Source: a virus (taxonomy: Duplodnaviria; Heunggongvirae; Uroviricota; Caudoviricetes). From it: 9,712 nt of DNA. Shown in pieces: positions 1 to 7,122 of the stretch (the first letter of the stretch is position 1; each line of letters starts with the position of its first letter). The stretch is from IMG/VR virus record IMGVR_UViG_2778261088_000009, positions 1 to 9,712 of that record, one strand, 5' to 3'. The notes under the pieces are model-generated. The model saw only the letters and a list, made by a program, of their open reading frames with translations, was not told where the DNA came from and did no database searches. Made by a program: the position numbers and the translations under genes.

Positions 1-1158
1 ATGCTCACCGTTAAGCAGATTGAAGCAGCAAAGCCGAAAGAAAAACCATACCGCCTACTCGATGGTAATGGCCTGTACCTTTATGTCCCTGTATCAGGGA
101 AAAAGGTATGGCAGCTTCGCTACAAGATTGACGGTAAGGAGAAAATCCTGACTGTCGGAAAATATCCGCTTATGACTTTGCAGGAAGCAAGGGATAAGGC
201 ATGGACTGCGAGGAAAGACATCTCGGTTGGCATCGATCCGGTAAAGGCGAAAAAGGCTTCGTCTAACAACAATTCCTTTAGTGCGATTTACAAGGAATGG
301 TACGAGCACAAGAAGCAAGTCTGGTCAGTAGGCTATGCAAACGAACTTGCCAAAATGTTTGACGACGACATTTTACCTATCATCGGCGGCCTTGAAATTC
401 AGGATATTGAGCCGATACAACTGCTGGAAGTAATCCGCAGATTTGAAGATCGCGGTGCAATGGAGCGAGCCAACAAAGCACGTAGAAGATGCGGCGAGGT
501 TTTCCGTTACGCTATTGTCACCGGAAGGGCTAAATATAACCCGGCACCTGACCTTGCAGACGCCATGAAAGGATATCGCAAGAAGAACTTCCCGTTTTTA
601 CCTGCCGACCAGATCCCGGCATTCAACAAAGCACTGGCAACATTTTCAGGAAGTATCGTATCGCTCATTGCGACCAAAGTTTTACGCTACACAGCCCTCA
701 GAACAAAAGAGCTTCGTTCCATGCTATGGAAGAACGTCGATTTTGAAAACAGGATTATCACCATCGACGCCAATGTGATGAAGGGACGCAAGATTCATGT
801 GGTTCCGATGTCGGACCAGGTTATTGAACTTCTCACTACGCTAAGCTCAATCACTAAACCGGTATCAGAGTTTGTTTTTGCCGGACGCAACGATAAGAAG
901 AAGCCAATCTGCGAGAACGCGGTGCTACTTGTGATCAAACAAATCGGCTATGAGGGGCTGGAAAGCGGTCACGGATTCAGGCATGAATTCAGCACGATTA
1001 TGAACGAGCACGAATGGCCTGCCGACGCCATTGAAGTGCAACTGGCACATGCCAACGGCGGATCTGTGCGTGGGATTTACAACCATGCTCAGTATCTCGA
1101 TAAGCGCAGAGAAATGATGCAGTGGTGGGCTGACTGGATTGATGAAAAGGTGGAGTGA
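1..1158 (+). CDS. int: Phage integrase, tyrosine recombinase of the P4-like family (N-terminal arm-binding domain plus C-terminal catalytic domain)
   Basis: Complete 385-aa ORF starting at ATG at base 1. N-terminus (KPYRLLDGNGLYLYV...WQLRYKIDGKE) matches the P4-type integrase N-terminal domain. C-terminus HGFRHEFST...QLAHANGGSVRGIYNHAQYLDKRREMMQWWADWI carries the conserved R...H-x-x-R...Y tyrosine-recombinase signature. Length and sequence resemble enterobacterial argW-associated prophage integrases (IntS-like), from memory only. Confidence 0.93.
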   Translation: MLTVKQIEAAKPKEKPYRLLDGNGLYLYVPVSGKKVWQLRYKIDGKEKILTVGKYPLMTLQEARDKAWTARKDISVGIDPVKAKKASSNNNSFSAIYKEWYEHKKQVWSVGYANELAKMFDDDILPIIGGLEIQDIEPIQLLEVIRRFEDRGAMERANKARRRCGEVFRYAIVTGRAKYNPAPDLADAMKGYRKKNFPFLPADQIPAFNKALATFSGSIVSLIATKVLRYTALRTKELRSMLWKNVDFENRIITIDANVMKGRKIHVVPMSDQVIELLTTLSSITKPVSEFVFAGRNDKKKPICENAVLLVIKQIGYEGLESGHGFRHEFSTIMNEHEWPADAIEVQLAHANGGSVRGIYNHAQYLDKRREMMQWWADWIDEKVE

Positions 1159-1182
1159 TCCACCTTAACAACTATCGAAGAG

Positions 1183-1233
1183 CACAAAGCCTTGCAATCC
1201 AGTGCAAAGCTTTGTGTGTCTCAGTTTTGTTTC
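1183..1233 (+). terminator. Candidate rho-independent terminator downstream of int
   Basis: Hairpin at 1183-1216: 14-bp stem with one mismatch (cacaaagccttgca / tgcaaagctttgtg) and 6-nt loop, followed by a T-rich tract (tgtctcagttttgttt). Begins about 25 nt after the int stop codon. Confidence 0.5.
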
Positions 1234-1357
1234 ATCGGTAACAGCACGCCATAGAATGCTGACTTGCTTGATGTGTCTGCGGATCGCGATCCTTCAGTGC
1301 CCACTTAGTAGACAAGCGTTTGCAATCTTAGTGTTCAAACAAAGACAATATGTGGTA

Positions 1358-1432
1358 TTGTACCAATTGCAGTTTTATCTATTAACATGAAGCTATATTT
1401 ACAAGAATTTAGTAATTATCTATAGGTATAAC
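1358..1432 (+). promoter_or_regulatory. Candidate sigma70-like promoter(s) for the acetyltransferase gene
   Basis: AT-rich region with TTGTAC (1358-1363), 16-bp spacer, TATTAA (1380-1385); alternatively TTTACA (1398-1403), 17-bp spacer, TATAGG (1421-1426). Hexamers in AT-rich DNA are weak evidence. Confidence 0.3.
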
Positions 1433-1433
1433 A

Positions 1434-2078
1434 ATGAATTTTCCTGGCCCAGCATCAACTGCTTCTTATTTAAGATCTAATTACAGCAGAGATTTCTTGA
1501 CTATTCAGTGTGGTGAATACACATACGGAAAACCAAGAATTGAGATTGGGATGCATGACGACAAGCGAATTCTTTCAATTGGTGAATATTGCTCTATAGC
1601 TTTCGACGTTGTGATTTTTGTTGGAAGACAAGGTCGTCATGCGACAAATACATTAACAAGTTACCCGCTAAATATGGTTGTAGATCCTGAGTTAAGAAAT
1701 GGATTTAACCCTACAGGACATATATGGCAGGCGAGCTCTGACATATTTGGGAAAGATCTTGATGTTATCATAGGGCATGATGTATGGATTGGTTCTAGAT
1801 GTACAATTTTAGCAGGGGTTAATATTGGAACTGGTGCCATCATTGCCGCAGGCTCTGTTGTTACTAAAGATGTACCGCCATATGCAATTGTAGGAGGAGT
1901 ACCAGCTAAGGTTATTAGATACAGACATCCTCCAGAAATAATTGATAGATTATTAAAGACTGAATGGTGGAAGTTAAAACCTAATGAGCTGTGGAATTTG
2001 ATTGGTTCATCTTTCGGGACGTCTAATATTGAAATCCCATTAAAAATATTAGAAAACAGAAGCGCTTCAGAAAAATAA
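1434..2078 (+). CDS. Hexapeptide-repeat (left-handed beta-helix) acetyltransferase of the XAT class (Vat / CatB-like xenobiotic acetyltransferase)
   Basis: 214-aa ORF. Shows the motifs I associate with streptogramin A (Vat) and CatB-type acetyltransferases: N-terminal GEYTYG, the H-A-T-N-T...SYPL segment with the presumed catalytic His, hexapeptide repeats (IIGHDVWIGSRCTILAGVNIGTGAIIAAGSVVTKDVPPYAIVGGVPAKVIR) and a C-terminal LL-x-x-EWW motif. The gene and its flanks are visibly AT-rich compared with int and the tailspike 5' half. Confidence 0.85.
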   Translation: MNFPGPASTASYLRSNYSRDFLTIQCGEYTYGKPRIEIGMHDDKRILSIGEYCSIAFDVVIFVGRQGRHATNTLTSYPLNMVVDPELRNGFNPTGHIWQASSDIFGKDLDVIIGHDVWIGSRCTILAGVNIGTGAIIAAGSVVTKDVPPYAIVGGVPAKVIRYRHPPEIIDRLLKTEWWKLKPNELWNLIGSSFGTSNIEIPLKILENRSASEK

Positions 2079-2092
2079 AATAATATTTATTA

Positions 2093-2122
2093 AGGCCATG
2101 CTCCCCACTGAAAGCATGGCCT
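2093..2122. terminator. Bidirectional rho-independent terminator between the convergent acetyltransferase and tailspike genes
   Basis: Perfect 10-bp inverted repeat aggccatgct / agcatggcct (2093-2102 and 2113-2122) with a 10-nt loop, flanked by A/T-rich tracts on both sides. Lies between the two convergent stop codons (2078 and 2173). Confidence 0.6.
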
Positions 2123-2172
2123 ATTGTATTAAATATTTATACCTTTGATAATTTTTACTTTATTAAAGCATG

Positions 2173-4608
2173 TTATATATTTTCTCTCATTTCTATCATT
2201 TCAATTCTAGATAATGCTTTTTGGTAATTCCTGCGTTGTAATGCAGCTTCAAGGACTAAAGCCTCTTCATAACGGATACCATAACGTGAGCCTGCAGGAG
2301 TGACCAGAATATCTTCATATTCTGGATCTGCCTCTTCTTCATACTCTTCTTCGACTTCTTGAAACTCTGTCTCGATGTACTCCTCTTCTACATCTTCAAC
2401 TACAGGGACGCTCACGAATGGATTTTGCGCAAAAGGTGAACCATCTTCATTAAGAACAGGTATCATTTCCATTTTTGGAGTCTGATACTCTTCATTCACT
2501 ACTCGTTTAATCCGTGTTCCGTCTTCCAGTACCTCATCCTTTAATACCTGACGACTCTCAGTAACCATCACTGGTTTGCTTACAATTCGAGTTTTAGTAA
2601 CCTGCACTGGAACTGTTGTTATGCGAGTTTTAGTAACCATTACACCTTCGTTTGTCTGAACCTTAGTATATTGATCATCCCACTCGTCAAAGCAAAAGAA
2701 TCCAAATCGGTGCGCATCAAGTCCATGACGCTCAAACGCCTCTTTCGCACGCTGAGCGATCACACCAAAATGCCAGCGCGCCCCGTCCTCACCTTTTTCT
2801 TCCACCCTGTCGAGATACTGGAACTGCACAAAATCTACCTCCGACCAGGCATCCAGAATCGCATCAGCAAAAGATGGTTGCATCAATCGTTCGTCTGATG
2901 TGACAACAAAATCAAGCACCCCACGGGCGAGGATCGGAGGGTTTTTCGTTTTGTGATTCTCATCTGACGTTACGGTGAAGGCTGTCTGTGTGGCCCCGCC
3001 AGCCCAAGCAAGAGCAGCCGTGCCGCAATTAATGGCATTTGTGGTGGTTGGCGTGAGCGCCTTATTTACTGTAACAGTGCCAGTGCCAAGTGCCTCCAGC
3101 GCAATTGAACAATTGCTGATACCTTCGGCACTGATCCTGATGCGAGGATCCGTGATGCTTGCAGTACGCAGGCGAACTGCTCCAGTATCACCGTCTGCAT
3201 AGGACAGGCGAAAGGCCCTCAGCCCATTTCCTTCTAAATCAAAGCTTCGGTCCCTAAATACAGCTCCCATACGCACAGCATTGTTGGACACGCGAGATTG
3301 TAAGTAGCTAAGGCTATTGCCCGCCCCGTCCTCCCAACCTATCCGGTGGGTATTTCGCATAACAATGGCTTTCTGGTATACATCTGTTAAGCCAGACTCA
3401 GTGAAGGTTCTCAAAGATCCGATAGGATATGCAATGCCTGCTCCCCACTTAGATCCATTGGAACTAATGGCTAACGCCTGTGTGCAATCCTCAGTTGTGC
3501 CATTGATTGTCGGGTCTGCACCTGCAACCAAAGATATACCAGTGGTCTTACCACGGTTATCTGCGCTATGCATGTCTACGTAGGTGCCGTGGTTAACTAT
3601 CGCCATCTCAGCACACCAGGTAGTGCCCTTTGCATTGGGGTAACGTTTTGCATCTAAGTATAACGCCCAAACGTTATTGGTTACACCTGATTCATTATCG
3701 TTAACTCCCACTCCAACCACGCCAATAGCGGCACCACCAGTAGGCATTTCTTTATTATGTGCCGCTCCAGCCATACCAATGGCCCCAGTTGAAGAATAGG
3801 ACGCAAAGGTGGCGTTTTTCTCGACCCATCCCAGATTTGGCTGAAGTGTCCCATTGGGGGCTACATAATCTTTCTTCCCCAGCCAGGTACTTTGATCTAC
3901 AGGCGCATCCTTTGCACCTGAATAATCAAAGGCGGCGTCCCCAACAAATAAACGCGGATACCTGGAGGAGTTAACTGGTGTTCCAGGCTCAGACCAAACA
4001 GGACGCCGCTTAAGCATCACGCCGCCAGTGCCTAAAAACTCGGCTTCACTGTCTACAATAAAATTACCTCTATGGAAGGAATTTAATAGATATTTCCCGG
4101 CAGGGACATAAACATCTCCAGCAAACAAGGCCGCAACTGCAAATGAACTGTCCGAGTTATTAGCGCCTGTTGAATCTGCTCCTCCAGCAAATCCACTCCA
4201 AGTAACAGGCTTTGCTAATCCTCCGACAAATCCAGCTCCACCAGGACCCTCCAGTTCAGATCGCAGTTGATCAGGGTCATACTTCAGCACATTAGGAAAA
4301 TAGAACTGCTGCGCACCATATGCATCATATACAGCCATAGAATGGCCTTGCACGGTTACGAATTTGGCAATCTGTCCGTTATATACTGGATACCCTGCGG
4401 CATTGATGACGATCGGCTGTGCAACAGGAACGTGAGAACCATCTTCGTTCTCAACATAGACCTGAATCTGGTTATCAGGATTTACCGGGTCAGTGTCAAT
4501 TTTACCGATATAAATTTTGCCATTAGCCACGGCTTTAAAAGAACGAGCCATAGTGAAGAGTTGCGAAGGCATACTCACTACAACATTGGCATTTATCGAA
4601 TCTGTCAT
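2173..4608 (-). CDS. Tailspike protein, mosaic: P22-type head-binding N-terminal domain, unrelated central (receptor-binding / depolymerase-like) body, C-terminal intramolecular-chaperone-like domain
   Basis: 811-aa ORF with a GGAG Shine-Dalgarno about 9 nt upstream of the ATG at 4606-4608. The first ~115 aa ([44 protein letters not shown]...[15 protein letters not shown]...NVLKYDPDQ) are near-identical in pattern to the P22 gp9 head-binding domain as I remember it. The central region is Gly/Ala/Thr/Asn-rich with no P22 similarity. The last ~240 aa (from [12 protein letters not shown]) resemble the auto-cleaving C-terminal chaperone domains of endosialidase and T5-pb1-type fibers and end in a highly acidic tail. 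Confidence 0.9.
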   Translation of the reverse strand: MTDSINANVVVSMPSQLFTMARSFKAVANGKIYIGKIDTDPVNPDNQIQVYVENEDGSHVPVAQPIVINAAGYPVYNGQIAKFVTVQGHSMAVYDAYGAQQFYFPNVLKYDPDQLRSELEGPGGAGFVGGLAKPVTWSGFAGGADSTGANNSDSSFAVAALFAGDVYVPAGKYLLNSFHRGNFIVDSEAEFLGTGGVMLKRRPVWSEPGTPVNSSRYPRLFVGDAAFDYSGAKDAPVDQSTWLGKKDYVAPNGTLQPNLGWVEKNATFASYSSTGAIGMAGAAHNKEMPTGGAAIGVVGVGVNDNESGVTNNVWALYLDAKRYPNAKGTTWCAEMAIVNHGTYVDMHSADNRGKTTGISLVAGADPTINGTTEDCTQALAISSNGSKWGAGIAYPIGSLRTFTESGLTDVYQKAIVMRNTHRIGWEDGAGNSLSYLQSRVSNNAVRMGAVFRDRSFDLEGNGLRAFRLSYADGDTGAVRLRTASITDPRIRISAEGISNCSIALEALGTGTVTVNKALTPTTTNAINCGTAALAWAGGATQTAFTVTSDENHKTKNPPILARGVLDFVVTSDERLMQPSFADAILDAWSEVDFVQFQYLDRVEEKGEDGARWHFGVIAQRAKEAFERHGLDAHRFGFFCFDEWDDQYTKVQTNEGVMVTKTRITTVPVQVTKTRIVSKPVMVTESRQVLKDEVLEDGTRIKRVVNEEYQTPKMEMIPVLNEDGSPFAQNPFVSVPVVEDVEEEYIETEFQEVEEEYEEEADPEYEDILVTPAGSRYGIRYEEALVLEAALQRRNYQKALSRIEMIEMRENI
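2587..2638. repeat. Tandem direct repeat inside the tailspike 3' coding region
   Basis: 15-16-nt unit (t/g)cgagttttagtaacc at 2587-2602 and 2623-2638 (36-nt period), encoding the repeated peptide VTKTRI in the tailspike C-terminal domain. Confidence 0.7.
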
Positions 4609-4648
4609 TTAATTTGCTCCAGATACAAGGAATCGCCGCAGCATGGCT

Positions 4649-4771
4649 ACGGTGAATTTTTTTGTGATAAAACAACTTTTTAGGAAGTTATTTTGTTCGC
4701 TTTTTGCACTACACTTTTTGTGTAGTGCTCTCCTTCAAGCTCATTACCTAAGCGTGGACACGGTGAATTTT
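4649..4771. repeat. Pair of direct repeats (ACGGTGAATTTT) upstream of the tailspike start
   Basis: Exact 12-mer acggtgaatttt at 4649-4660 and 4760-4771, with extended similarity over about 19 nt (gcatggctacggtgaatttt vs gcgtggacacggtgaatttt). Candidate regulator binding sites; function unknown. Confidence 0.4.
4706..4728. promoter_or_regulatory. Perfect 9-bp inverted repeat (gcactacac-ttttt-gtgtagtgc), operator-like or RNA hairpin
   Basis: Perfect palindrome arms at 4706-4714 and 4720-4728 with a 5-nt loop, about 100 nt upstream of the tailspike ATG. Not followed by a U-tract on either strand, so not a canonical terminator. Confidence 0.3.
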
Positions 4772-4776
4772 GGGCA

Positions 4777-4801
4777 TAAAAAAACCCAGCCGAAGCTGGG
4801 T
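4777..4801 (-). terminator. Rho-independent terminator (first of a tandem pair) downstream of the 322-aa gene
   Basis: On the minus strand: stem acccagc / gctgggt (7 bp) with tetraloop, followed by a run of 6-7 U (plus-strand A-run 4778-4784). Confidence 0.6.
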
Positions 4802-4850
4802 CGTTGCGTTGGTTATCTGTCAGTAGTTATGTGCTGGCTGAAGGATTTGT

Positions 4851-4877
4851 ACAAAAAACCCACCTGAAGGTGGGTTT
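4851..4877 (-). terminator. Rho-independent terminator immediately after the stop codon of the 322-aa gene
   Basis: 9-bp stem (4856-4864 / 4869-4877) with tgaa loop, followed on the minus strand by a T-rich tract. Starts about 6 nt after the TAA at 4883-4885. Confidence 0.55.
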
Positions 4878-4882
4878 CATAA

Positions 4883-5851
4883 TTAGATTTCTGGTTTCAT
4901 TCTTCCGAAAACCTTTTCTATTCCTTTTTCGTATTCTTCTCTTGTCTCACTCATCGCTGCGACACCAAGAAGCTTACCGATATGCTGACGCAAAGCCTTG
5001 ACACCAATTTCAGAAAGGAACAGATGCAACTTATCAGATTGTTTTCCGTTCTCGTCTCGGCTGGCTCGAATCTGTTCAAGGATTTTACCTTTACTCTTTG
5101 CTAGCGGGGTGTATATCTGCATGTTGGTTAGCTGCCCAAAACGAATAGGCCGTCCTTTCTCTGGCCTATTCAGGCCGTACAGTCGATACCACTCCTCGTA
5201 TAGCTCATCTGGAAATTCCTTTTCATATTGACGAGCCTCTTCACGAACAAACGCTTTGAACTCGTCAATGACAGCCTGAACTTCTGGACGATAACCAGCA
5301 AGCGCATACGCAACCCCCTTAATTCCCGCCTTAGCGGAGGCATTAATAAGTCTCTGTGCTGCGGCGGCTGCCTTTAACCGTGATTGTGGTAGATCGTCAT
5401 TATCTTTGGCTTCTATTAGTGCCCTACCAATATCAACAATTGCTGTAATGTCATAACCTAACGCTTGATGAACGGTTTTAGACTTCGAAGTAAGTTGAAA
5501 TTTATAGGGATTTTCCATTTTTCGCTGCAATTCTAGATCTCGGTATTTGCTCATATACTGAGCGCCAAGCAGTTGATCTAAATCCCTGGCATGTTCACCA
5601 ATCCCTAGCAACTGAGATAATCCAGTTTTCGTAACAACGACAGTTTTCGACTCGTCATCCAGTACATAACATTCAGCATCAATGCCAAAATCATCTAAAA
5701 AGTTACCACGATGAGTTGCCCTGAGAATCTTACTTTTCCATCTTGCAGCAGCTGCTTTCTTTGCTATTTCAGAACGCTGCTCTTTAGTCAGCGACTTTGC
5801 GCGAGCGATCCCGCCCTTAGCTTTCCCTTCGCCACTTTTCTTTTCAGTCAT
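4883..5851 (-). CDS. Hypothetical protein (322 aa) with a basic N-terminal motif; occupies the position held by the antirepressor/immunity-I genes in P22
   Basis: Long minus-strand ORF. I place the start at the ATG at 5849-5851 (MTEKKSGEGKAKGG...) because AAAGGTG sits 9 nt upstream; the track's longer start at 5914 adds 21 implausible residues. The N-terminus GGIARAKSLTKEQRSEIAKKAAAARW looks like a basic nucleic-acid-binding motif. No family assigned with confidence. Confidence 0.8.
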   Translation of the reverse strand: MTEKKSGEGKAKGGIARAKSLTKEQRSEIAKKAAAARWKSKILRATHRGNFLDDFGIDAECYVLDDESKTVVVTKTGLSQLLGIGEHARDLDQLLGAQYMSKYRDLELQRKMENPYKFQLTSKSKTVHQALGYDITAIVDIGRALIEAKDNDDLPQSRLKAAAAAQRLINASAKAGIKGVAYALAGYRPEVQAVIDEFKAFVREEARQYEKEFPDELYEEWYRLYGLNRPEKGRPIRFGQLTNMQIYTPLAKSKGKILEQIRASRDENGKQSDKLHLFLSEIGVKALRQHIGKLLGVAAMSETREEYEKGIEKVFGRMKPEI

Positions 5852-5944
5852 AATGCAAGCACCTTTGTTGTGATGTATGCTTGCATTATATGCACTGTAC
5901 ACACATACAAGCAAGCATAAAACAAAAACAAAATGCTTGCATTA
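5850..5944. promoter_or_regulatory. Two operator-like palindromes built from four copies of the half-site TAATGCAAGCA in the divergent intergenic region
   Basis: Palindrome 1: 12-bp arms ataatgcaagca (5850-5861) and tgcttgcattat (5878-5889), 16-bp spacer, covering the -10 and the start codon of the 322-aa gene. Palindrome 2: arms gcaagcat (5911-5918) and atgcttgc (5933-5940, extending to atgcttgcatta), 14-bp spacer, overlapping the -35. Centres are about 56 bp apart. Confidence 0.55.
5885..5914 (-). promoter_or_regulatory. Candidate sigma70 promoter for the 322-aa gene
   Basis: On the minus strand: TTGCTT (5909-5914), 18-bp spacer, perfect TATAAT (5885-5890). Leaves a ~26-nt leader containing the AAAGGTG Shine-Dalgarno. 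Both hexamers overlap the palindromic half-sites in the next feature. Confidence 0.5.
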
Positions 5945-6007
5945 CAACCGCGCTACTCCAACTACACATTATCATCTGGTATCCTGCTCAAAACTAAGGA
6001 GGTTGGT

Positions 6008-6331
6008 GTGTATACAACAGTTATCGTGATAGCTATCGCACTCATTGTGGTTCAGTACCAACTGGCATCTTTAAAACAAAAGATATCTGACCTCAAGACT
6101 GAGAACGAAGCACTTAAAAACTCAATAAAAGATGAGAAGAACAAACTATCATTCACCATATCTGATGTTGAGCAATCCATTGAAATTATTGAGAATAATA
6201 TTAACAGGCTAAAAAAAGAAGATATTCATGAAATCAATGACAATATCAAGGATTTGAAATCTTGGCTTAGGAATGTAGGACAAATCGCCACATCAACACG
6301 AGATAAGCTCAATCCATCCATGGATGATTAA
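6008..6331 (+). CDS. Small bitopic membrane protein with coiled-coil domain (107 aa from GTG 6008; track ORF starts at 5933)
   Basis: Strong AAGGAGG Shine-Dalgarno at 5996-6002, 5 nt before an in-frame GTG at 6008. Product starts with a hydrophobic helix (YTTVIVIAIALIVVQY) followed by heptad-like Lys/Glu/Asn-rich sequence (LKQKISDLKTENEALKNSIKDEKNKL...). AT-rich codon usage unlike the neighbouring late genes. Confidence 0.6.
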   Translation: MYTTVIVIAIALIVVQYQLASLKQKISDLKTENEALKNSIKDEKNKLSFTISDVEQSIEIIENNINRLKKEDIHEINDNIKDLKSWLRNVGQIATSTRDKLNPSMDD

Positions 6332-6679
6332 TTACTCCTGTGCCATTCCGCTTAGCGACGCTACAATGCCAGCCCTCGCTAAGCGATTGAACTCTTCGTT
6401 TCCAACTGCATCACGTATTGCTTTTATGGCGACTTTATTTGCCATAAATCTGCGTTCCGCCGCCGCTAATGCTTCTTTGCTTCCACCTGCTCTTACTGCT
6501 TTGGTGGCTTCCTGAACAGCTTTCTCTATCGCATATCGACCACTACGTGTGGTGGCAATTTTAGATACAGCGCCTTTTAACCCGGCGCCAACTAAAGCAC
6601 CCGCGGCAGCGCCTGCAATGCCCCCTCCAGCGCCACCAACAATGGCACCTGATGTTGAGTTGGCAATTGCATTTAACAC
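6332..6679 (-). CDS. Hypothetical glycine-zipper protein (115 aa, GTG start)
   Basis: Minus-strand ORF beginning at a GTG that overlaps the upstream stop (GTGTTAA). N-terminal Gly/Ala-rich hydrophobic segment [28 protein letters not shown] is typical of glycine-zipper membrane-inserting helices. Could be a separate coupled gene or the 3' part of one frameshifted gene with the 149-aa ORF. Confidence 0.5.
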   Translation of the reverse strand: MLNAIANSTSGAIVGGAGGGIAGAAAGALVGAGLKGAVSKIATTRSGRYAIEKAVQEATKAVRAGGSKEALAAAERRFMANKVAIKAIRDAVGNEEFNRLARAGIVASLSGMAQE

Positions 6680-7122
6680 TGTTGATGTGACGTTGGATAC
6701 CCACCAATTGTTTCACCGGCTTGCGCGTAAGGGTCTGTCGGTCGATCGACTGGACGATAGACATCATCCAAAACCTTGGGTCCACCAAGCCCCTGACTGA
6801 TTGCATTAATCAGACTTGCGCCGCCCTGCAATACGTCAAATGGTATGTTTACCAGACCACGACCAGCCTGTTCTGCAATTTGCCCTGCACTTTGACCACC
6901 TGTGAGCCAATCATCAGCTTGTTGCATCAATGATGGTTCTTCTTTCTGCTGCTGAGGCGGAGGGTATGCTGCATAAAACTGATCTCTTGCTTCAGCCCAT
7001 TTGTCACCAGCCTTAGGGGCAACAACCTCATCAAAATATTGCGCTTGAGCCTGTGCTTTCTGTTCTTCAGTTAACGCCTGATACTGTGGAGAAGCGATAA
7101 CATCTTTCCATGCTTTAGCCAT
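6673..7122 (-). CDS. Hypothetical protein (149 aa), Gln/Ala/Pro-rich; possible virion internal or ejection-type protein
   Basis: Its ATG at 7120-7122 overlaps the TAA of the upstream 449-aa gene (TAATG), indicating translational coupling. Low-complexity Q/A/P-rich composition. No confident family assignment. Confidence 0.6.
   Translation of the reverse strand: MAKAWKDVIASPQYQALTEEQKAQAQAQYFDEVVAPKAGDKWAEARDQFYAAYPPPQQQKEEPSLMQQADDWLTGGQSAGQIAEQAGRGLVNIPFDVLQGGASLINAISQGLGGPKVLDDVYRPVDRPTDPYAQAGETIGGYPTSHQQC

Noticed and set aside
94-318. 74-aa minus-strand ORF inside the integrase gene
   Set aside because: Fully embedded antisense to a well-supported conserved gene; no independent evidence.
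1202-1390. 62-aa plus-strand ORF in the int-acetyltransferase intergenic region
   Set aside because: Cys/Leu-rich junk-like translation, no convincing ribosome-binding site, overlaps the terminator hairpin and promoter-like AT-rich DNA.
1159-1433. Possible attP core in the intergenic region (nested palindromes at 1183-1216, GGATCGCGATCC palindrome at 1281-1292, TGTGTCT direct repeats)
   Set aside because: No segment resembling a tRNA or tmRNA 3' end, and the P4-type integrase layout predicts the att site on the other side of int. The hairpin is better explained as the int terminator.
2671-4683. Several 70-140-aa plus-strand ORFs (2671-2898, 2975-3202, 3317-3583, 3759-3974, 4267-4683)
   Set aside because: All lie antisense within the tailspike coding sequence, which has strong homology support; typical spurious ORFs.
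5852-5914. Longer start for the 322-aa gene at 5914 (MLVCVYSAYNASIHHNKGAC...)
   Set aside because: The extension is Cys/His-rich, overlaps the promoter and operator repeats and lacks a Shine-Dalgarno; the ATG at 5851 has AAAGGTG 9 nt upstream.
5933-6331. Rz-like i-spanin interpretation of the bitopic coiled-coil protein (and the ATG start at 5933)
   Set aside because: No embedded or adjacent lipoprotein (Rz1-like) ORF with a lipobox in alternative frames, and the gene is not in a lysis cassette. The strong Shine-Dalgarno favours the GTG at 6008 over the ATG at 5933.
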